In this document: positions 42,058 through 52,372 of the stretch, piece after piece | Numbering within the stretch: position 1 is the stretch's first letter | Layout of the letters: each line of letters opens with the position of its first letter | Assembly (NCBI GenBank): GCA_963737065.1 | Contig: CAVTRC010000002.1 | Span: 256,001-320,000, forward strand | DNA from: Candidatus Eremiobacteria bacterium | Lineage (GTDB): Bacteria; Vulcanimicrobiota; Vulcanimicrobiia; Vulcanimicrobiales; Vulcanimicrobiaceae | DNA: 64,000 nucleotides | Reading direction: 5' to 3' | Made by a program: the position numbers and the translations under genes | The notes under the pieces: model-generated | Told to the model about the DNA's origin: nothing | What the model saw: the letters and a program-made list of their open reading frames with translations, nothing else | The model's database searches: none

Positions 42058-45000
42058 TTGAATCTCATCGACGTCAATAACTTCGATGCCATGCGCATCG
42101 GATTAGCTTCGCCCGAGCAAATCCGCGCATGGTCGTTCGGCGAAGTCAAGAAGCCGGAGACGATCAACTACCGCACGCTGAAGCCCGAACGCGATGGGCT
42201 TTTCTGCGAAAAGATCTTCGGCCCCACCAAAGACTGGGAATGTCACTGCGGTAAGTACAAGCGCATCCGTTTCAAGGGCATGATCTGCGACCGCTGCGGC
42301 GTCGAGATCACGCGCGCGAAAGTGCGGCGCGAACGTATGGGCCATATCGAACTCGCGACGCCGGTTTCGCATATTTGGTATCTCAAGGGCGTGCCGTCGC
42401 GCATCGGCATTCTGCTCGACATGTCGCCGCGTCAACTCGAAAAAGTGATCTACTTTGCGGCGTACGTCGTCATCGATCCGGGCAACACTCCGCTCACGAA
42501 GCGTGAAGTGCTCTCCGAGCAGAAGTACCGCGAAGCGCGCGAAAAATACGGCGCGAATTTCAAAGCCGGTATGGGTGCCGAAGCGATCCGCGAACTGCTT
42601 CGCGATCTGAACCTGAAGAAGATTCAAGACGATCTTCGTAAGGAATTCAAAGAAACGTCCGGGCAAAAGCGCCTCAAGGCGATCAAGCGTCTCGAGGTCG
42701 TCGAAGCGTTTCTGGCGAGCGGAAATCGGCCGGAGTGGATGATCCTCTCCGCGGTTCCCGTCATTGCGCCCGAACTGCGCCCGATGGTCCAGCTCGACGG
42801 CGGGCGTTTTGCGACCTCAGACTTGAACGATCTCTATCGCCGCGTCATTAACCGCAACAATCGCTTAAAGCGTTTGTTGGAATTGAACGCGCCCGAGATC
42901 ATCATTAAAAACGAAAAGCGCATGCTCCAGGAAGCGGTCGACGCGCTGATCGACAACGGCCGTCGCGGCCGTCCGGTCACCGGTCCGAACAACCGTCCGC
43001 TGAAGTCGCTCTCCGACATCCTCAAAGGTAAGCAAGGCCGCTTCCGGCAGAACCTGCTCGGCAAGCGCGTCGACTACTCGGGACGTTCTGTTATCGTCGT
43101 CGGTCCTTCGCTGAAACTCCATCAGTGCGGTCTGCCGAAAGAGATGGCGCTCGAACTCTTCAAGCCCTTCGTGATGAAGAAGCTCGTTGACCGCGCACTC
43201 GCGCATAACATCAAGAGCGCAAAGCGAATGGTCGAACGCGTGCGTCCGGAAGTGTGGGACGTGCTCGAAGAGGTGATCAAAGAGCATCCGGTTCTACTGA
43301 ATCGCGCGCCGACGCTCCATCGTCTCGGCATTCAGGCGTTCGAGCCGGTCCTGGTCGAAGGTAAAGCGATTCACCTCCACCCGCTCGTCTGTACGCCGTA
43401 CAACGCCGACTTCGACGGCGATCAGATGGCGGTGCACTTGCCGCTCAGTGCGGGCGCGCAAGCCGAAGCGCGCATCCTCATGTTGTCCTCAAACAACATT
43501 CTGTTGCCCGCATACGGCAACCCGGTTTCGATTCCGACGCAAGACATGGTTTTGGGTCTGTACTATCTCACGTTCCAGCGCGACGAGTACAACGGGCCGG
43601 CAAAAGCTGAAGTCACCGAAGACTTCGACAACACCGTTCGCGCCGTGAAGCAAAATGCACCGGCCAAAGACGCGCCGGGTGCGATTCCGACGTTCTTCGA
43701 TTCCAAAGAAGCAGTCATGGCGTTTGAAACCGGAAACGCGAAACTGCAAGAGTGGATCTACGTTCGTTGGAAAGGCGAACTCATCAAGACGACGATCGGC
43801 CGCGTGATCTTCAATCTCGCGTTTCCGCTATCGTGGAAGAAAGAGTTCGTCAACCGCACGATGGACAAAGGCACGCTGAAGAAGACGATTACCGATTGCT
43901 ATCGCAAGTATGGTAACGCGGAAACGGCGCGCTTCCTCGACGCGATCAAGGAACTCGGATTCCACTATGCGACGCTTTCCGGTACGACCGTGTCGATTTC
44001 CGACATCATCGTGCCGCGAGCCAAGCACGACATTCTCGAAACGGCGCAAAACGAAGTCGATGAGTTGCACCGTCTCTTCGATCAGGGCTTCATCTCCGAC
44101 GACGAGCGCTACAACAAGACGATTGAAATTTGGTCGAAAGCCGGCGACGCCGTTACCGGCGCGATGCAAGCCGCGCAAAACCCGTTGAACCCCGTCTTCA
44201 TGATGGCAACGTCAGGTGCTCGTGGTTCGATCGCGCAGGTGAAACAGCTCGGCGGTATGCGCGGGCTCATGTCCGACCCGTCCGGCCGAATCCTGGAAAT
44301 TCCGGTAAAGGCGTCGCTCAAAGAAGGCCTCACCGTGCTCGAGTACTTCATCTCGACGCACGGCGCGCGTAAGGGTCTCGCCGACACGGCGCTCCGTACG
44401 GCAGACTCCGGTTACCTCACGCGTCGTCTCGTCGACGTTGCGCAAGACGTCATCATTCGCGAAGACGATTGCGGAACGGCAAGCGGCATCACCGTTTCCG
44501 ATATCCGCGTCGGCAAGGAAGTCATCGAACCGCTGATCGATCGCATTATCGGTCGCCGCTCGGTCGAAGACGTTCAAAGTGGTTCGAACGGTTCGGTACA
44601 GGCCGTCGTCGCGCGCGGTGAAGAGATCGACGAAGAGAAAGCAAAGGCTATAGTCGATGCGGGTATCGGGACGGTGAAGATCCGTTCGGTGCTCACGTGT
44701 CAATCGAAGTACGGCGTGTGCTCGACGTGTTACGGTCGCGATCTCGCAACCGGCAACCGCGCGGACATCGGTACGGCGGTCGGCATCATCGCGGCGCAAT
44801 CCATCGGTGAACCGGGCACGCAGCTCACGCTGCGTACGTTCCACACCGGCGGTGTCGCGACGGAAGACATCATCACGGGTCTGCCGCGCGTCGAAGAAAT
44901 CTTCGAAGCGCGTAAACCGAAGGGTCAAGCGATCATCACCAAGGTCGCCGGTACGATAAAGTTTGGCGAAGACAAGAGTCGCCGTCAAGTCTTCGTCGTC

Positions 45001-45852
45001 GATGAAACCGGCGAAGAGCACGAAGCCGATACGATTCCGAACAACACGCATCTCACCGTGCGTGAAGGCGATCACGTTTCGGTTGGCGATCAGCTCAACG
45101 AAGGCTCGCTCAATCCGCACGATATTCTTACGTTTAAGGGCGAGACTGCGCTCCAGAACTACATGGTCCAGGAAGTGCAGAAGGTCTATCGTTCGCAAGG
45201 CGTCGACATCAACGACAAGCACGTTGAAGTCATCGTTCGCGCGATGATGCGCAAGGTGAAGATCGTCGAGGGCGGCGACACGCTCATGCTTCCGGGGCAG
45301 GTCATCGAAGCGTCGGCGTTCCACGAAGCGAACGATCGTGCGAAGGCCGAGAACCACGAAGAGGCGACGGCGAGCCCGGTGCTGCTCGGCGTCACCAAGG
45401 CATCGCTGGCGACGGAGTCGTTCCTCTCGGCCGCATCATTCCAAGAGACGACGCGCGTCCTCACGGATGCCGCCATCAAGGGCAAGTACGACCCGTTGCT
45501 CGGTCTCAAGGAGAACGTCATCATCGGTAAGCTTATTCCGGCCGGCACCGGGATGTCGCGGTATCGCAACATCGAGATCCAGCCCGAAGGTCAAGATGTC
45601 GACGAAGAAGGCCGTCCGCGTCAGCAGTTCGAGATGGCATACGCCGGAATGACTGCGGACGAAGCGGCACTCGCGGAAGTGATGGGCGGCAACGGTGACG
45701 GCATGAGCCGTCTCGTGAGCGCGTACGAACGCAATCGCGAACCATTGACCGTGCAGTACGAAGGCGAATACGACGACACGCTCGCCGTGCATGCCGCACC
45801 GAAAAAGACGCAGTACGACCGGATCAAGGGTATCAACCCCGAAGATCTGTAG
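42058..45852 (+). CDS. rpoC: RNA polymerase beta' subunit
   Basis: KPETINYRT, Zn finger, NADFDGD catalytic motif, [24 protein letters not shown] start; not split into gamma and beta'. Confidence 0.99.
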   Translation: MNLIDVNNFDAMRIGLASPEQIRAWSFGEVKKPETINYRTLKPERDGLFCEKIFGPTKDWECHCGKYKRIRFKGMICDRCGVEITRAKVRRERMGHIELATPVSHIWYLKGVPSRIGILLDMSPRQLEKVIYFAAYVVIDPGNTPLTKREVLSEQKYREAREKYGANFKAGMGAEAIRELLRDLNLKKIQDDLRKEFKETSGQKRLKAIKRLEVVEAFLASGNRPEWMILSAVPVIAPELRPMVQLDGGRFATSDLNDLYRRVINRNNRLKRLLELNAPEIIIKNEKRMLQEAVDALIDNGRRGRPVTGPNNRPLKSLSDILKGKQGRFRQNLLGKRVDYSGRSVIVVGPSLKLHQCGLPKEMALELFKPFVMKKLVDRALAHNIKSAKRMVERVRPEVWDVLEEVIKEHPVLLNRAPTLHRLGIQAFEPVLVEGKAIHLHPLVCTPYNADFDGDQMAVHLPLSAGAQAEARILMLSSNNILLPAYGNPVSIPTQDMVLGLYYLTFQRDEYNGPAKAEVTEDFDNTVRAVKQNAPAKDAPGAIPTFFDSKEAVMAFETGNAKLQEWIYVRWKGELIKTTIGRVIFNLAFPLSWKKEFVNRTMDKGTLKKTITDCYRKYGNAETARFLDAIKELGFHYATLSGTTVSISDIIVPRAKHDILETAQNEVDELHRLFDQGFISDDERYNKTIEIWSKAGDAVTGAMQAAQNPLNPVFMMATSGARGSIAQVKQLGGMRGLMSDPSGRILEIPVKASLKEGLTVLEYFISTHGARKGLADTALRTADSGYLTRRLVDVAQDVIIREDDCGTASGITVSDIRVGKEVIEPLIDRIIGRRSVEDVQSGSNGSVQAVVARGEEIDEEKAKAIVDAGIGTVKIRSVLTCQSKYGVCSTCYGRDLATGNRADIGTAVGIIAAQSIGEPGTQLTLRTFHTGGVATEDIITGLPRVEEIFEARKPKGQAIITKVAGTIKFGEDKSRRQVFVVDETGEEHEADTIPNNTHLTVREGDHVSVGDQLNEGSLNPHDILTFKGETALQNYMVQEVQKVYRSQGVDINDKHVEVIVRAMMRKVKIVEGGDTLMLPGQVIEASAFHEANDRAKAENHEEATASPVLLGVTKASLATESFLSAASFQETTRVLTDAAIKGKYDPLLGLKENVIIGKLIPAGTGMSRYRNIEIQPEGQDVDEEGRPRQQFEMAYAGMTADEAALAEVMGGNGDGMSRLVSAYERNREPLTVQYEGEYDDTLAVHAAPKKTQYDRIKGINPEDL

Positions 45853-45870
45853 CGCTACCCGCGTGATGAA

Positions 45871-45902
45871 GAGAGGCCCGGCGAAAATCTGCCGGGCCTC
45901 TC
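45871..45902. terminator. Hairpin between convergent rpoC and EAL gene
   Basis: Perfect 12-bp stem GAGAGGCCCGGC/GCCGGGCCTCTC; weak U tracts. Confidence 0.75.
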
Positions 45903-45927
45903 GCTCATTGAGATGTGTGTTCGCGGC

Positions 45928-46749
45928 TTAGCTGGCCGTTGACTGCGAGAGCGATGCGAGGTTGATGAGTTCGATGCGCGCCGGACGCGCGAAGAGAAAC
46001 CCTTGCATAACATTGCAGCCGAGTTCCTGAAGAACCGCAACCTGTTCCGCGCGCTCGACGCCTTCGGCGACGATCTCCATGTTGCAGCTCGACGCGACGG
46101 TCATAATCGCGGAGACAACCGCTTTATCGACCTTTCCACCGGGTAGATCTTTCACGAAGCAGCGGTCGATCTTTAGCACATCGGCGGGAAACGACTTTAT
46201 GCGCCCGAGCGTGCTGTAACCCGTACCGAAATCGTCGATGACGATCTTTACGCCTTCGCAACGCAACGCGGCCACCATTGCCGTGATCGCGTCGACATCG
46301 CGCATGATGCAGGTCTCGGTGATTTCGAGCCAGAGCGACGTGGGCGGGAGTCCGCTCAATGCAAGTGCGCGCTGGATGCTCTCGACAAATGAGCCGCTGT
46401 CAAACTGACGGACTGAGACGTTGATCGATACGGGAACGTTGTAACCGGCGTCATGCCATCGCCGCGCTTCACGGCAAGCTTCTTCGAGAATGAGCAACCC
46501 GATTGCATCGATCAATCCGGTCTCTTCCGCAACATCGATGAATGTTTCGGGCAGCATCAAGCCGCGATTCGGATCGCGCCATCGTACCAGCGCTTCCACC
46601 GCAAACGTTTCTCCTCGCGCCGTATCGACAATCGGTTGATAGTGCAGTTCGAATCGCCGCCGCGCGACCGCGCGTCGAAGCTCCGACTCGAGCGTAGCCG
46701 TCCCGGTACGCGGAAAATCGGTTCGCGCTAACATGGACCAGATGCTCAT
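45928..46749 (-). CDS. Stand-alone EAL-domain c-di-GMP phosphodiesterase
   Basis: YQP, EALVRW, INVS, LEITE, DDFGTGYS, KID, EGVE, QG all present; ATGA overlap with upstream gene. Confidence 0.94.
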   Translation of the reverse strand: MSIWSMLARTDFPRTGTATLESELRRAVARRRFELHYQPIVDTARGETFAVEALVRWRDPNRGLMLPETFIDVAEETGLIDAIGLLILEEACREARRWHDAGYNVPVSINVSVRQFDSGSFVESIQRALALSGLPPTSLWLEITETCIMRDVDAITAMVAALRCEGVKIVIDDFGTGYSTLGRIKSFPADVLKIDRCFVKDLPGGKVDKAVVSAIMTVASSCNMEIVAEGVERAEQVAVLQELGCNVMQGFLFARPARIELINLASLSQSTAS

Positions 46750-48098
46750 GCCGATCTACCGAGCCAGCTACGATGAAATGAGGTCGCGCGTCTGCCTGCG
46801 TCGGCTACATGCCGTTCGTCCTTGGTGATTGACGCGATCGCGCGTGCAGTCTTTGCCGCGCGCCACTGAAAGCCGAGGCGATCCCAGGTGGACAAGGCGC
46901 TGTTTAAGTAGTCGAGTCCGCGTTCGACGTCACCGTTGGCGGCCGCAACCGCGCCGAAAGCGTCATATTCATATGCCCGCCAGCGATGAAGCGTTCCGCT
47001 TGCAATGAGCATCGGGTCGATCGGCTTACGAATCGCCTTGTAGCGCGCTACCATCGCTTCCGCGCGCTTGGGATTGAACGATGCCGCAAGCTCCGCGCCC
47101 CAGAGTAACGCATACCGGTCTTCGCCTTGCGTCGCGTTCCAATCGACAAGCGCGCACAGTTGTTCGGCCTCATCGAAACGTTCGCGTGCCGACAGCACTT
47201 CACCGATCGCGCCGAAGAGAAACGAACGATCCAAAATCGCTTCGATGCGCCGCGGTATCGTGGGCGCGTGGACTTCAGCCTTACGCAAATCTCGGAACGC
47301 CGCGATTTCGTTTCCTTCGAGCGCTTCGTTCCATCCGAGAGCGCGATAGACGTTATACGCCCAGCCCGGCATTTCGCCGTTCCAGGGCAACGTAGACGCG
47401 CGCGTGCGAACGAAGTTCGCCACATCGGGCATGTGCATCTCGGGGATAAGCGAAGCAAGGTTGTTCAAGAGTGAGGCTTCTGCCCATATCTCAGGTTGCG
47501 TCGCAGCGGCAAGCGCAGCCAAACCTTGTCGCAGGTAAGCAATTTGCGCTTCGTGACGCTCGTTCAGTCCTTCGATGAGGGACAGCAGCTCATACGTGAA
47601 CGCAACGGATGCTGCGGCCGGATGGGCGCCCACACTGCTATATTCGCAACCTTCGACTTCCGCGAGCGATTCCCGCGCAATGCGTTGCGCTTCCGCGACG
47701 TCCTTGCTTCGCCACGCTGAAAGCGCGACGTAGTAGTTGAGTTCGACCCGCAGCGCGGGCGCTGCGATGCCGCAAAGCGATTCGCGAGCCTCGACCCACG
47801 CTGAATCGGCACCTGTCTCATCACCTTGGCGGTCGAGAATCGTGCCGAGCAACGTGCAATAGAGCGCGCGGTCAAGACCGTTGCGCACCGTTTGTCCGGC
47901 TTGCCGGATGGCGGCTTCGGCTTCTCGTAGACGGCGCAACCGAAGAAGCGCGCGCGCGCGCAGCACGTCCGCCTCAAAGCCGGAATGGAAACGAAGAGCA
48001 CTGATGCAGTCTGCGTTACGGGCAGACGCATAGTGATCGACCGCTATATGAAACGGCTGTTGCTTCGGGACGAACGTGACGACGCGTGCTGGTTGCAG
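46746..48098 (-). CDS. TPR-like all-helical protein with no recognisable HTH; probable CTG start
   Basis: Repeated Ala/Leu/Tyr helical pairs; frame open 44 codons upstream of GTG 47966 to a CTG 5 nt after GGGAGG. Confidence 0.75.
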   Translation of the reverse strand: MQPARVVTFVPKQQPFHIAVDHYASARNADCISALRFHSGFEADVLRARALLRLRRLREAEAAIRQAGQTVRNGLDRALYCTLLGTILDRQGDETGADSAWVEARESLCGIAAPALRVELNYYVALSAWRSKDVAEAQRIARESLAEVEGCEYSSVGAHPAAASVAFTYELLSLIEGLNERHEAQIAYLRQGLAALAAATQPEIWAEASLLNNLASLIPEMHMPDVANFVRTRASTLPWNGEMPGWAYNVYRALGWNEALEGNEIAAFRDLRKAEVHAPTIPRRIEAILDRSFLFGAIGEVLSARERFDEAEQLCALVDWNATQGEDRYALLWGAELAASFNPKRAEAMVARYKAIRKPIDPMLIASGTLHRWRAYEYDAFGAVAAANGDVERGLDYLNSALSTWDRLGFQWRAAKTARAIASITKDERHVADAGRRATSFHRSWLGRSA

Positions 48099-48196
48099 GA
48101 CGGCCTCCCGAAAAGCGAAGCTTGACGAAGACTATATAAATGCTCGCTTACTGGGTATCGGCAGACCGCACGTCAGTCTTGAGGGGTAGCGGCTAT

Positions 48197-48268
48197 TTAC
48201 TTGCCGCCCGGCCCCCCGCAGTTCGAAGCTGCAGCAACGACAGCGAGAAGAGCAATAAGCGTTAGCAT
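48197..48268 (-). CDS. 23-aa putative exported signalling peptide MLTLIALLAVVAAASNCGGPGGK
   Basis: AGGAG RBS 6 nt before ATG; hydrophobic core, AAA site, short Cys/Gly/Pro tail; below ORF-track cutoff. Confidence 0.75.
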   Translation of the reverse strand: MLTLIALLAVVAAASNCGGPGGK

Positions 48269-48376
48269 GGCCGTCTCCTAATGTTGGCTTGTAGAGAGTT
48301 GGACCACGCCGACGGCTTACGCGATCGGGTGGCACCCCGTACCCGCCTATTCCTCGGCCGCTTTACGATCCCTTTG

Positions 48377-49354
48377 CTATCCCGATACGAATCTTTGACA
48401 ATATGGAACGCGGGCCGCCGGTCGCCTCGCGGAGCGCATCAATCGGGCGCGGTTGCGCGGTGCGCGCAAGGCCTCTAGCTCTTCGAGCGTCCGCGGCCAA
48501 TCGGCGCCGAGCAATCTCGAGAGCGCGCGATCCGCGAGGAGTTTTCCGCCCGTTTGGCATCGCGCGCAATAGTTCGTTTCGTTGTCGGCGTAACGAATGC
48601 GTTGCACCGGGTCGCCGCAACGCGGGCATGGCTTGCCGTAGCGGCCGTGTACTGCCATGTCTTTGCGAAATGCCGTGACTTTTTCCGGAAAATGCTCGCG
48701 CGCTTCGGAAGCAAGACGATCGATCCAAAGCTCGAGAACCTCTCGCGTAGCATCGTAAAGTCGTTGCCATTCGTCATCCGTAAGTTTTTGCGTCATCGCA
48801 ATTGGCGAAAGCTTTGCATGGTGCAGGATTTCGTCCGAGTACGCGTTGCCGATGCCATCGATGATGCGCGGGTCCGTAAGCGTGCGTTTGAGCGTGTGGT
48901 TTTCGCGCGAAAGCGCGTGGCGAAACGTTGCCGGATCCGAAGAAAAGACGTCGATGCCTCCCGGGTCGATCGAGCGCAACGCATCTCGACTTTTGAAGAC
49001 GTACAACGCAGCGCGATGCTTCGAACCAGCTTCAGTCAAGACGAGCGAACCGCTCGGAAAGTCGAGTGCTGCAAGGGTATTGCGCCCGGTGAGCGCTGCG
49101 CCGCGCTCACGCCAATGCAGTCTTCCGGCGATCATGAGATGGAGCGCGAGCCAGAGGTCCTCGTCGAATCCAATCGCAATGCGTTTGCCGATGCGCCGAA
49201 GTTCGCGAACGCGGTGATCGTCGAGCGCAGAAACCGGCGGATCGGCGGTCCGTAGCAAAAACGGATTGCCGATGCGAACGCGTTCGAGCCGTTCGCCGAC
49301 GATGCGTCGATCGAGCGCTGTGATGTATGCCGTGATATCCGGGAGCTCGGGCAT
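48377..49354 (-). CDS. Fpg/Nei family DNA glycosylase
   Basis: MPELP N-terminus, RIGK, HLMIAG, GIGNAYSDEIL H2TH, CPRC...CARCQ zinc finger. Confidence 0.93.
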   Translation of the reverse strand: MPELPDITAYITALDRRIVGERLERVRIGNPFLLRTADPPVSALDDHRVRELRRIGKRIAIGFDEDLWLALHLMIAGRLHWRERGAALTGRNTLAALDFPSGSLVLTEAGSKHRAALYVFKSRDALRSIDPGGIDVFSSDPATFRHALSRENHTLKRTLTDPRIIDGIGNAYSDEILHHAKLSPIAMTQKLTDDEWQRLYDATREVLELWIDRLASEAREHFPEKVTAFRKDMAVHGRYGKPCPRCGDPVQRIRYADNETNYCARCQTGGKLLADRALSRLLGADWPRTLEELEALRAPRNRARLMRSARRPAARVPYCQRFVSG

Positions 49355-49357
49355 CGC

Positions 49358-49915
49358 TCACCGCTCGAGTTTGATATCGAGAATCGCCGCGGCTTCCGCA
49401 AGCGCCGGGTGATCGATCGTCAGCGGTTCGATTCCGCTCTCCCTCACGATCGTGACATCCCACAGACCGGCACTCTTCCAACGCGCATCGTTGAACGACC
49501 ACCATGCAATCCCGCTAAACTCGCCGCGGTCGAAAATTCGCAACGACCAATTTTGCGATTGCGAATAGTCGCGAGTGATGACGTTCGACGGCCGCAAGCC
49601 GAATTCGATCAGCCGATGCGGATCGTCTAGATCGACGATTGCCGCGTCATGGGCAACGTCATACCACGCGAGCGATCGCACGAGATCGGGATACCGGCGC
49701 AACGGAAGCATATCGGCCGTCCACTTCAACCGGTGCGCACCGCGATAGAAGACTTCGGCGCACGCACCTGCAGGCGAATCTCCGACGTAGAGGACGCGGT
49801 ACTGTTGCGGATTGTCGATGCGTCCGCCGCCTTGTTGCGCCGGAATGTAAAGAACGCCGCCCGGTTCGTCCGGTGCGGCGTTCGAATCGTGGAGAAGAAC
49901 GCGATAGAGCCTCAC
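49358..49915 (-). CDS. RES domain toxin
   Basis: LYRV, GRIDNP, LYVGDS, AEV, SQNWS, GIAWWS; GTGA overlap with antitoxin. Confidence 0.85.
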   Translation of the reverse strand: MRLYRVLLHDSNAAPDEPGGVLYIPAQQGGGRIDNPQQYRVLYVGDSPAGACAEVFYRGAHRLKWTADMLPLRRYPDLVRSLAWYDVAHDAAIVDLDDPHRLIEFGLRPSNVITRDYSQSQNWSLRIFDRGEFSGIAWWSFNDARWKSAGLWDVTIVRESGIEPLTIDHPALAEAAAILDIKLER

Positions 49916-50346
49916 GCGAACGCGCCGGCAGCAATCGCATCGATTGCGCCGATGACGCGAGCCGGCCCGGAGATCGTCAATACATTGATCGGGATGCTAT
50001 TGCCGAGCAGCGCCTCGGGCGACGCAAGCCAAGGCCCAACGTCTTCGGGATTCATCACGTGCAATGCGCGATCGATGATGTACTCAACGTCGCTGACGCG
50101 TCGGGCGAGCGCCGGGCTCACCCGCTCGTGGCCCTTGATGCAGCGATTGAGCTGCGACTTATCGACGTCGAGAATATCTGCTGCGGCGGAGAGCCCCAGC
50201 GCAGTAATCACGCGCTCGAGTTTCGGCTCGACCGGAAAAGCCTCGTCGGCATTCGGCTTGAGTTCGATCACCCGGTCGGAGCGCACGTTCCAGCGCATCA
50301 GCGCGGCGCGGCGACGCGAAGCCTTCTTGCTGCGGGTAATGGCCAT
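49912..50346 (-). CDS. Xre/MbcA/ParS-type antitoxin
   Basis: GGAGG RBS; HTH (AADILDVDKSQLNR); C-terminal WL..P...LG...PI..L...G..V..A pattern. Confidence 0.85.
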   Translation of the reverse strand: MAITRSKKASRRRAALMRWNVRSDRVIELKPNADEAFPVEPKLERVITALGLSAAADILDVDKSQLNRCIKGHERVSPALARRVSDVEYIIDRALHVMNPEDVGPWLASPEALLGNSIPINVLTISGPARVIGAIDAIAAGAFA

Positions 50347-50365
50347 TGGTTTACCTCCCGCCTGC

Positions 50366-50417
50366 ATTATACTCCACGGAAAGCGTGGAGCCAAGTCGCG
50401 TCCACGCAAACCGTGGA
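50366..50417 (-). promoter_or_regulatory. TA promoter with two palindromic operators
   Basis: Minus strand TTGGCT-17-TATAAT; TCCACG-N5-CGTGGA at 50373-50389 and 50401-50417. Confidence 0.85.
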
Positions 50418-50425
50418 GAAGGGCG

Positions 50426-50800
50426 TCAGAGGCCGCCGTAGGGACCCGTCGAGGAACTGTAGCTCCCGCTGCCGCGCGCATCTTTGACCTCTTGGTACCA
50501 TAGCGCGATGATCAGCAGCGTCGGAACCCACTGGCCCACAAGAAGTGACTCGTGTTTCCGGCCCATGAAGTTTAACGCGAGCGATATGCCGATCGAAAGT
50601 CCCGCCGCGCCGAGCAGTAAGCTGCGCTTGGTGGAATTCGTCGGTTCCTGGGCGTCATTGCGTTCGGTAGCTTCGCTGATCGCCGCGGCAGCGCGCCCGG
50701 CGCTCGTGTCCGTTGCATCGCGGATGCTGCCCGTAATTGATTCCGCTGCGGAACCCGCAGCGCGTTCCATCGATGAATCGGTGCTGTCGTATGTGCTCAT
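50426..50800 (-). CDS. Small membrane protein
   Basis: Low-complexity N-terminus, two hydrophobic segments, GQWVPTLL motif. Confidence 0.75.
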   Translation of the reverse strand: MSTYDSTDSSMERAAGSAAESITGSIRDATDTSAGRAAAAISEATERNDAQEPTNSTKRSLLLGAAGLSIGISLALNFMGRKHESLLVGQWVPTLLIIALWYQEVKDARGSGSYSSSTGPYGGL

Positions 50801-50840
50801 GAGGTCGCCTTACCCAAATGCGTTTACGCCGAACGCGCAA

Positions 50841-50868
50841 ACATGCGCGTTTCGCCGAACGCGCATGT
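50841..50868. repeat. Perfect 11-bp hairpin within a short tandem duplication
   Basis: ACATGCGCGTT-tcgccg-AACGCGCATGT; CGCCGAACGCGCA occurs at 50827 and 50853. Confidence 0.6.
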
Positions 50869-50895
50869 CCGCACGACGGGTAACGGAGTAGGCGC

Positions 50896-51795
50896 CTAGT
50901 CTGCCATCCAGCGGCGGAAGTAACGACGCTGAAGTTCTTTCTCGGCGTTCGCGAGACGTTCGCGCATTTCGCCGCTCGGCACCCGCACCTTATCGACCAG
51001 ATGCATTGCCTGCATCAGTTTGATCGTCCACCACGTGCAGTCGATCTCGAACCATTTCAAGCCGTGCCGCGCGGAGAACGGAAATGCATGATGATTGTTA
51101 TGCCAGCCTTCGCCCCACGATATGAGCGCGACCCACCACGAATTGACGGAACGGTCCGCGGTTCGATACGTGCGGTAACCGGCGAAGTGCGCAGCGCTGT
51201 TCACGAGCCACGTCGCGTGATATGTGAACACGAGGCGCGCGAAGACGCCCCACACGACCCACGACCATCCGCCGAGCAGAAATAACACGCCGGCAAGCGC
51301 GACTTGCAGCGGTACGTGAAGATACCGCAACGCTTGATAAAACGGATCGTCCCAAAGATCAGGCGTAAAACGCTTCTGTTGTTCGGGCGTGGGGAGGTTT
51401 TCGTTCGGGCGGAAAAGCCACGTCAAATGCGCCCAGCTCAATCCACGACGAGTGCTATGCGGATCGCCACGTCGATCCGAGTGCGCATGATGAACGCGAT
51501 GCGTCGCAACCCAATCGATCGGGCTTCCTTGAAATGCGAGCGTTCCTGCGATAGCCGTGGCATATTCCAGCGGCCGGACCATGCGTAGCGCACGATGCGT
51601 CAGCGCGCGGTGGTAGCACAACGTCACCCCAAATCCCCCGGTGACCCATGTGACGACGAACGCCGCGACGATCGCGGACCACGAAAAGAACATCGGAAAC
51701 AAGGCGAGGATCGCGCCTAAGTGAATCAAGAGCAGGCCGATGCCGGTGGCCCAGTTCGCACGGTGTTGCATGAAGGCGCGAAGTTCAAGAACCAT
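50896..51795 (-). CDS. Delta-9 acyl-CoA/acyl-lipid fatty acid desaturase
   Basis: His boxes HRALTH, HRVHH, GEGWHNNHH. Confidence 0.93.
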   Translation of the reverse strand: MVLELRAFMQHRANWATGIGLLLIHLGAILALFPMFFSWSAIVAAFVVTWVTGGFGVTLCYHRALTHRALRMVRPLEYATAIAGTLAFQGSPIDWVATHRVHHAHSDRRGDPHSTRRGLSWAHLTWLFRPNENLPTPEQQKRFTPDLWDDPFYQALRYLHVPLQVALAGVLFLLGGWSWVVWGVFARLVFTYHATWLVNSAAHFAGYRTYRTADRSVNSWWVALISWGEGWHNNHHAFPFSARHGLKWFEIDCTWWTIKLMQAMHLVDKVRVPSGEMRERLANAEKELQRRYFRRWMAD

Positions 51796-51838
51796 GATGC
51801 CATGCCCTTGGCATGTGCGTACGCTATATTAGCCAGGT

Positions 51839-52367
51839 ATGGATCCCTTGCTCGCCGTGGCGCATCTTCCGAAGCTTGCTGAACAAGCTATGCGCGCCTC
51901 GGTTATCGGTGCGCTCCAACGTGGACGTATGGCGCATCGCGCGGTGATCGATGATGCGCTCGTGCGCTTCGAACGCGACGTGCAAAGTTACGCGACCGAA
52001 GGGGTGCGGCCGGCGGTTTTGTTCGCCGAGCGCGATCGCATCGTACGCGAGCTGCGCGGCTTCATCGACGGCCGTCTCGCTGCGCGACTGGCGGAAGTGC
52101 GCCGGCGTGACCTGGTTGCGACAGCGGTAGGCTCGGCGCCGTTCGATGCAATTGTACGCAACCGTTTCGGCGATGCGTACGCGCGTCGTGCTCAGGCGCA
52201 TCCCTCCTGGCGCAAAACGGCTCGGAGTTATTCGACGCATCGCGCGGGCGGCCGAACGCTACAATTGCGTTCGGCTAAGCGGAGTGGTCCTCTACGACTT
52301 CACATCAGCGAGCACGCGTCTCTTGGCGGAAGCGCCGAGTCGCGCTTCCCGCCGCTCGGTGGCCTAG
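51839..52367 (+). CDS. Hypothetical protein, possibly frameshifted near 52145
   Basis: Protein-like helical N-terminus; as read the frame overlaps the opposite LuxR gene by about 190 bp, whereas frame 52146-52367 stops just before it. Confidence 0.4.
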
Positions 52368-52372
52368 CCGCC

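Noticed and set aside
48197..48268. Small peptides as lipoproteins or RiPP precursors
   Set aside because: No canonical lipobox and no adjacent modifying enzyme or transporter; not excluded if acting in trans
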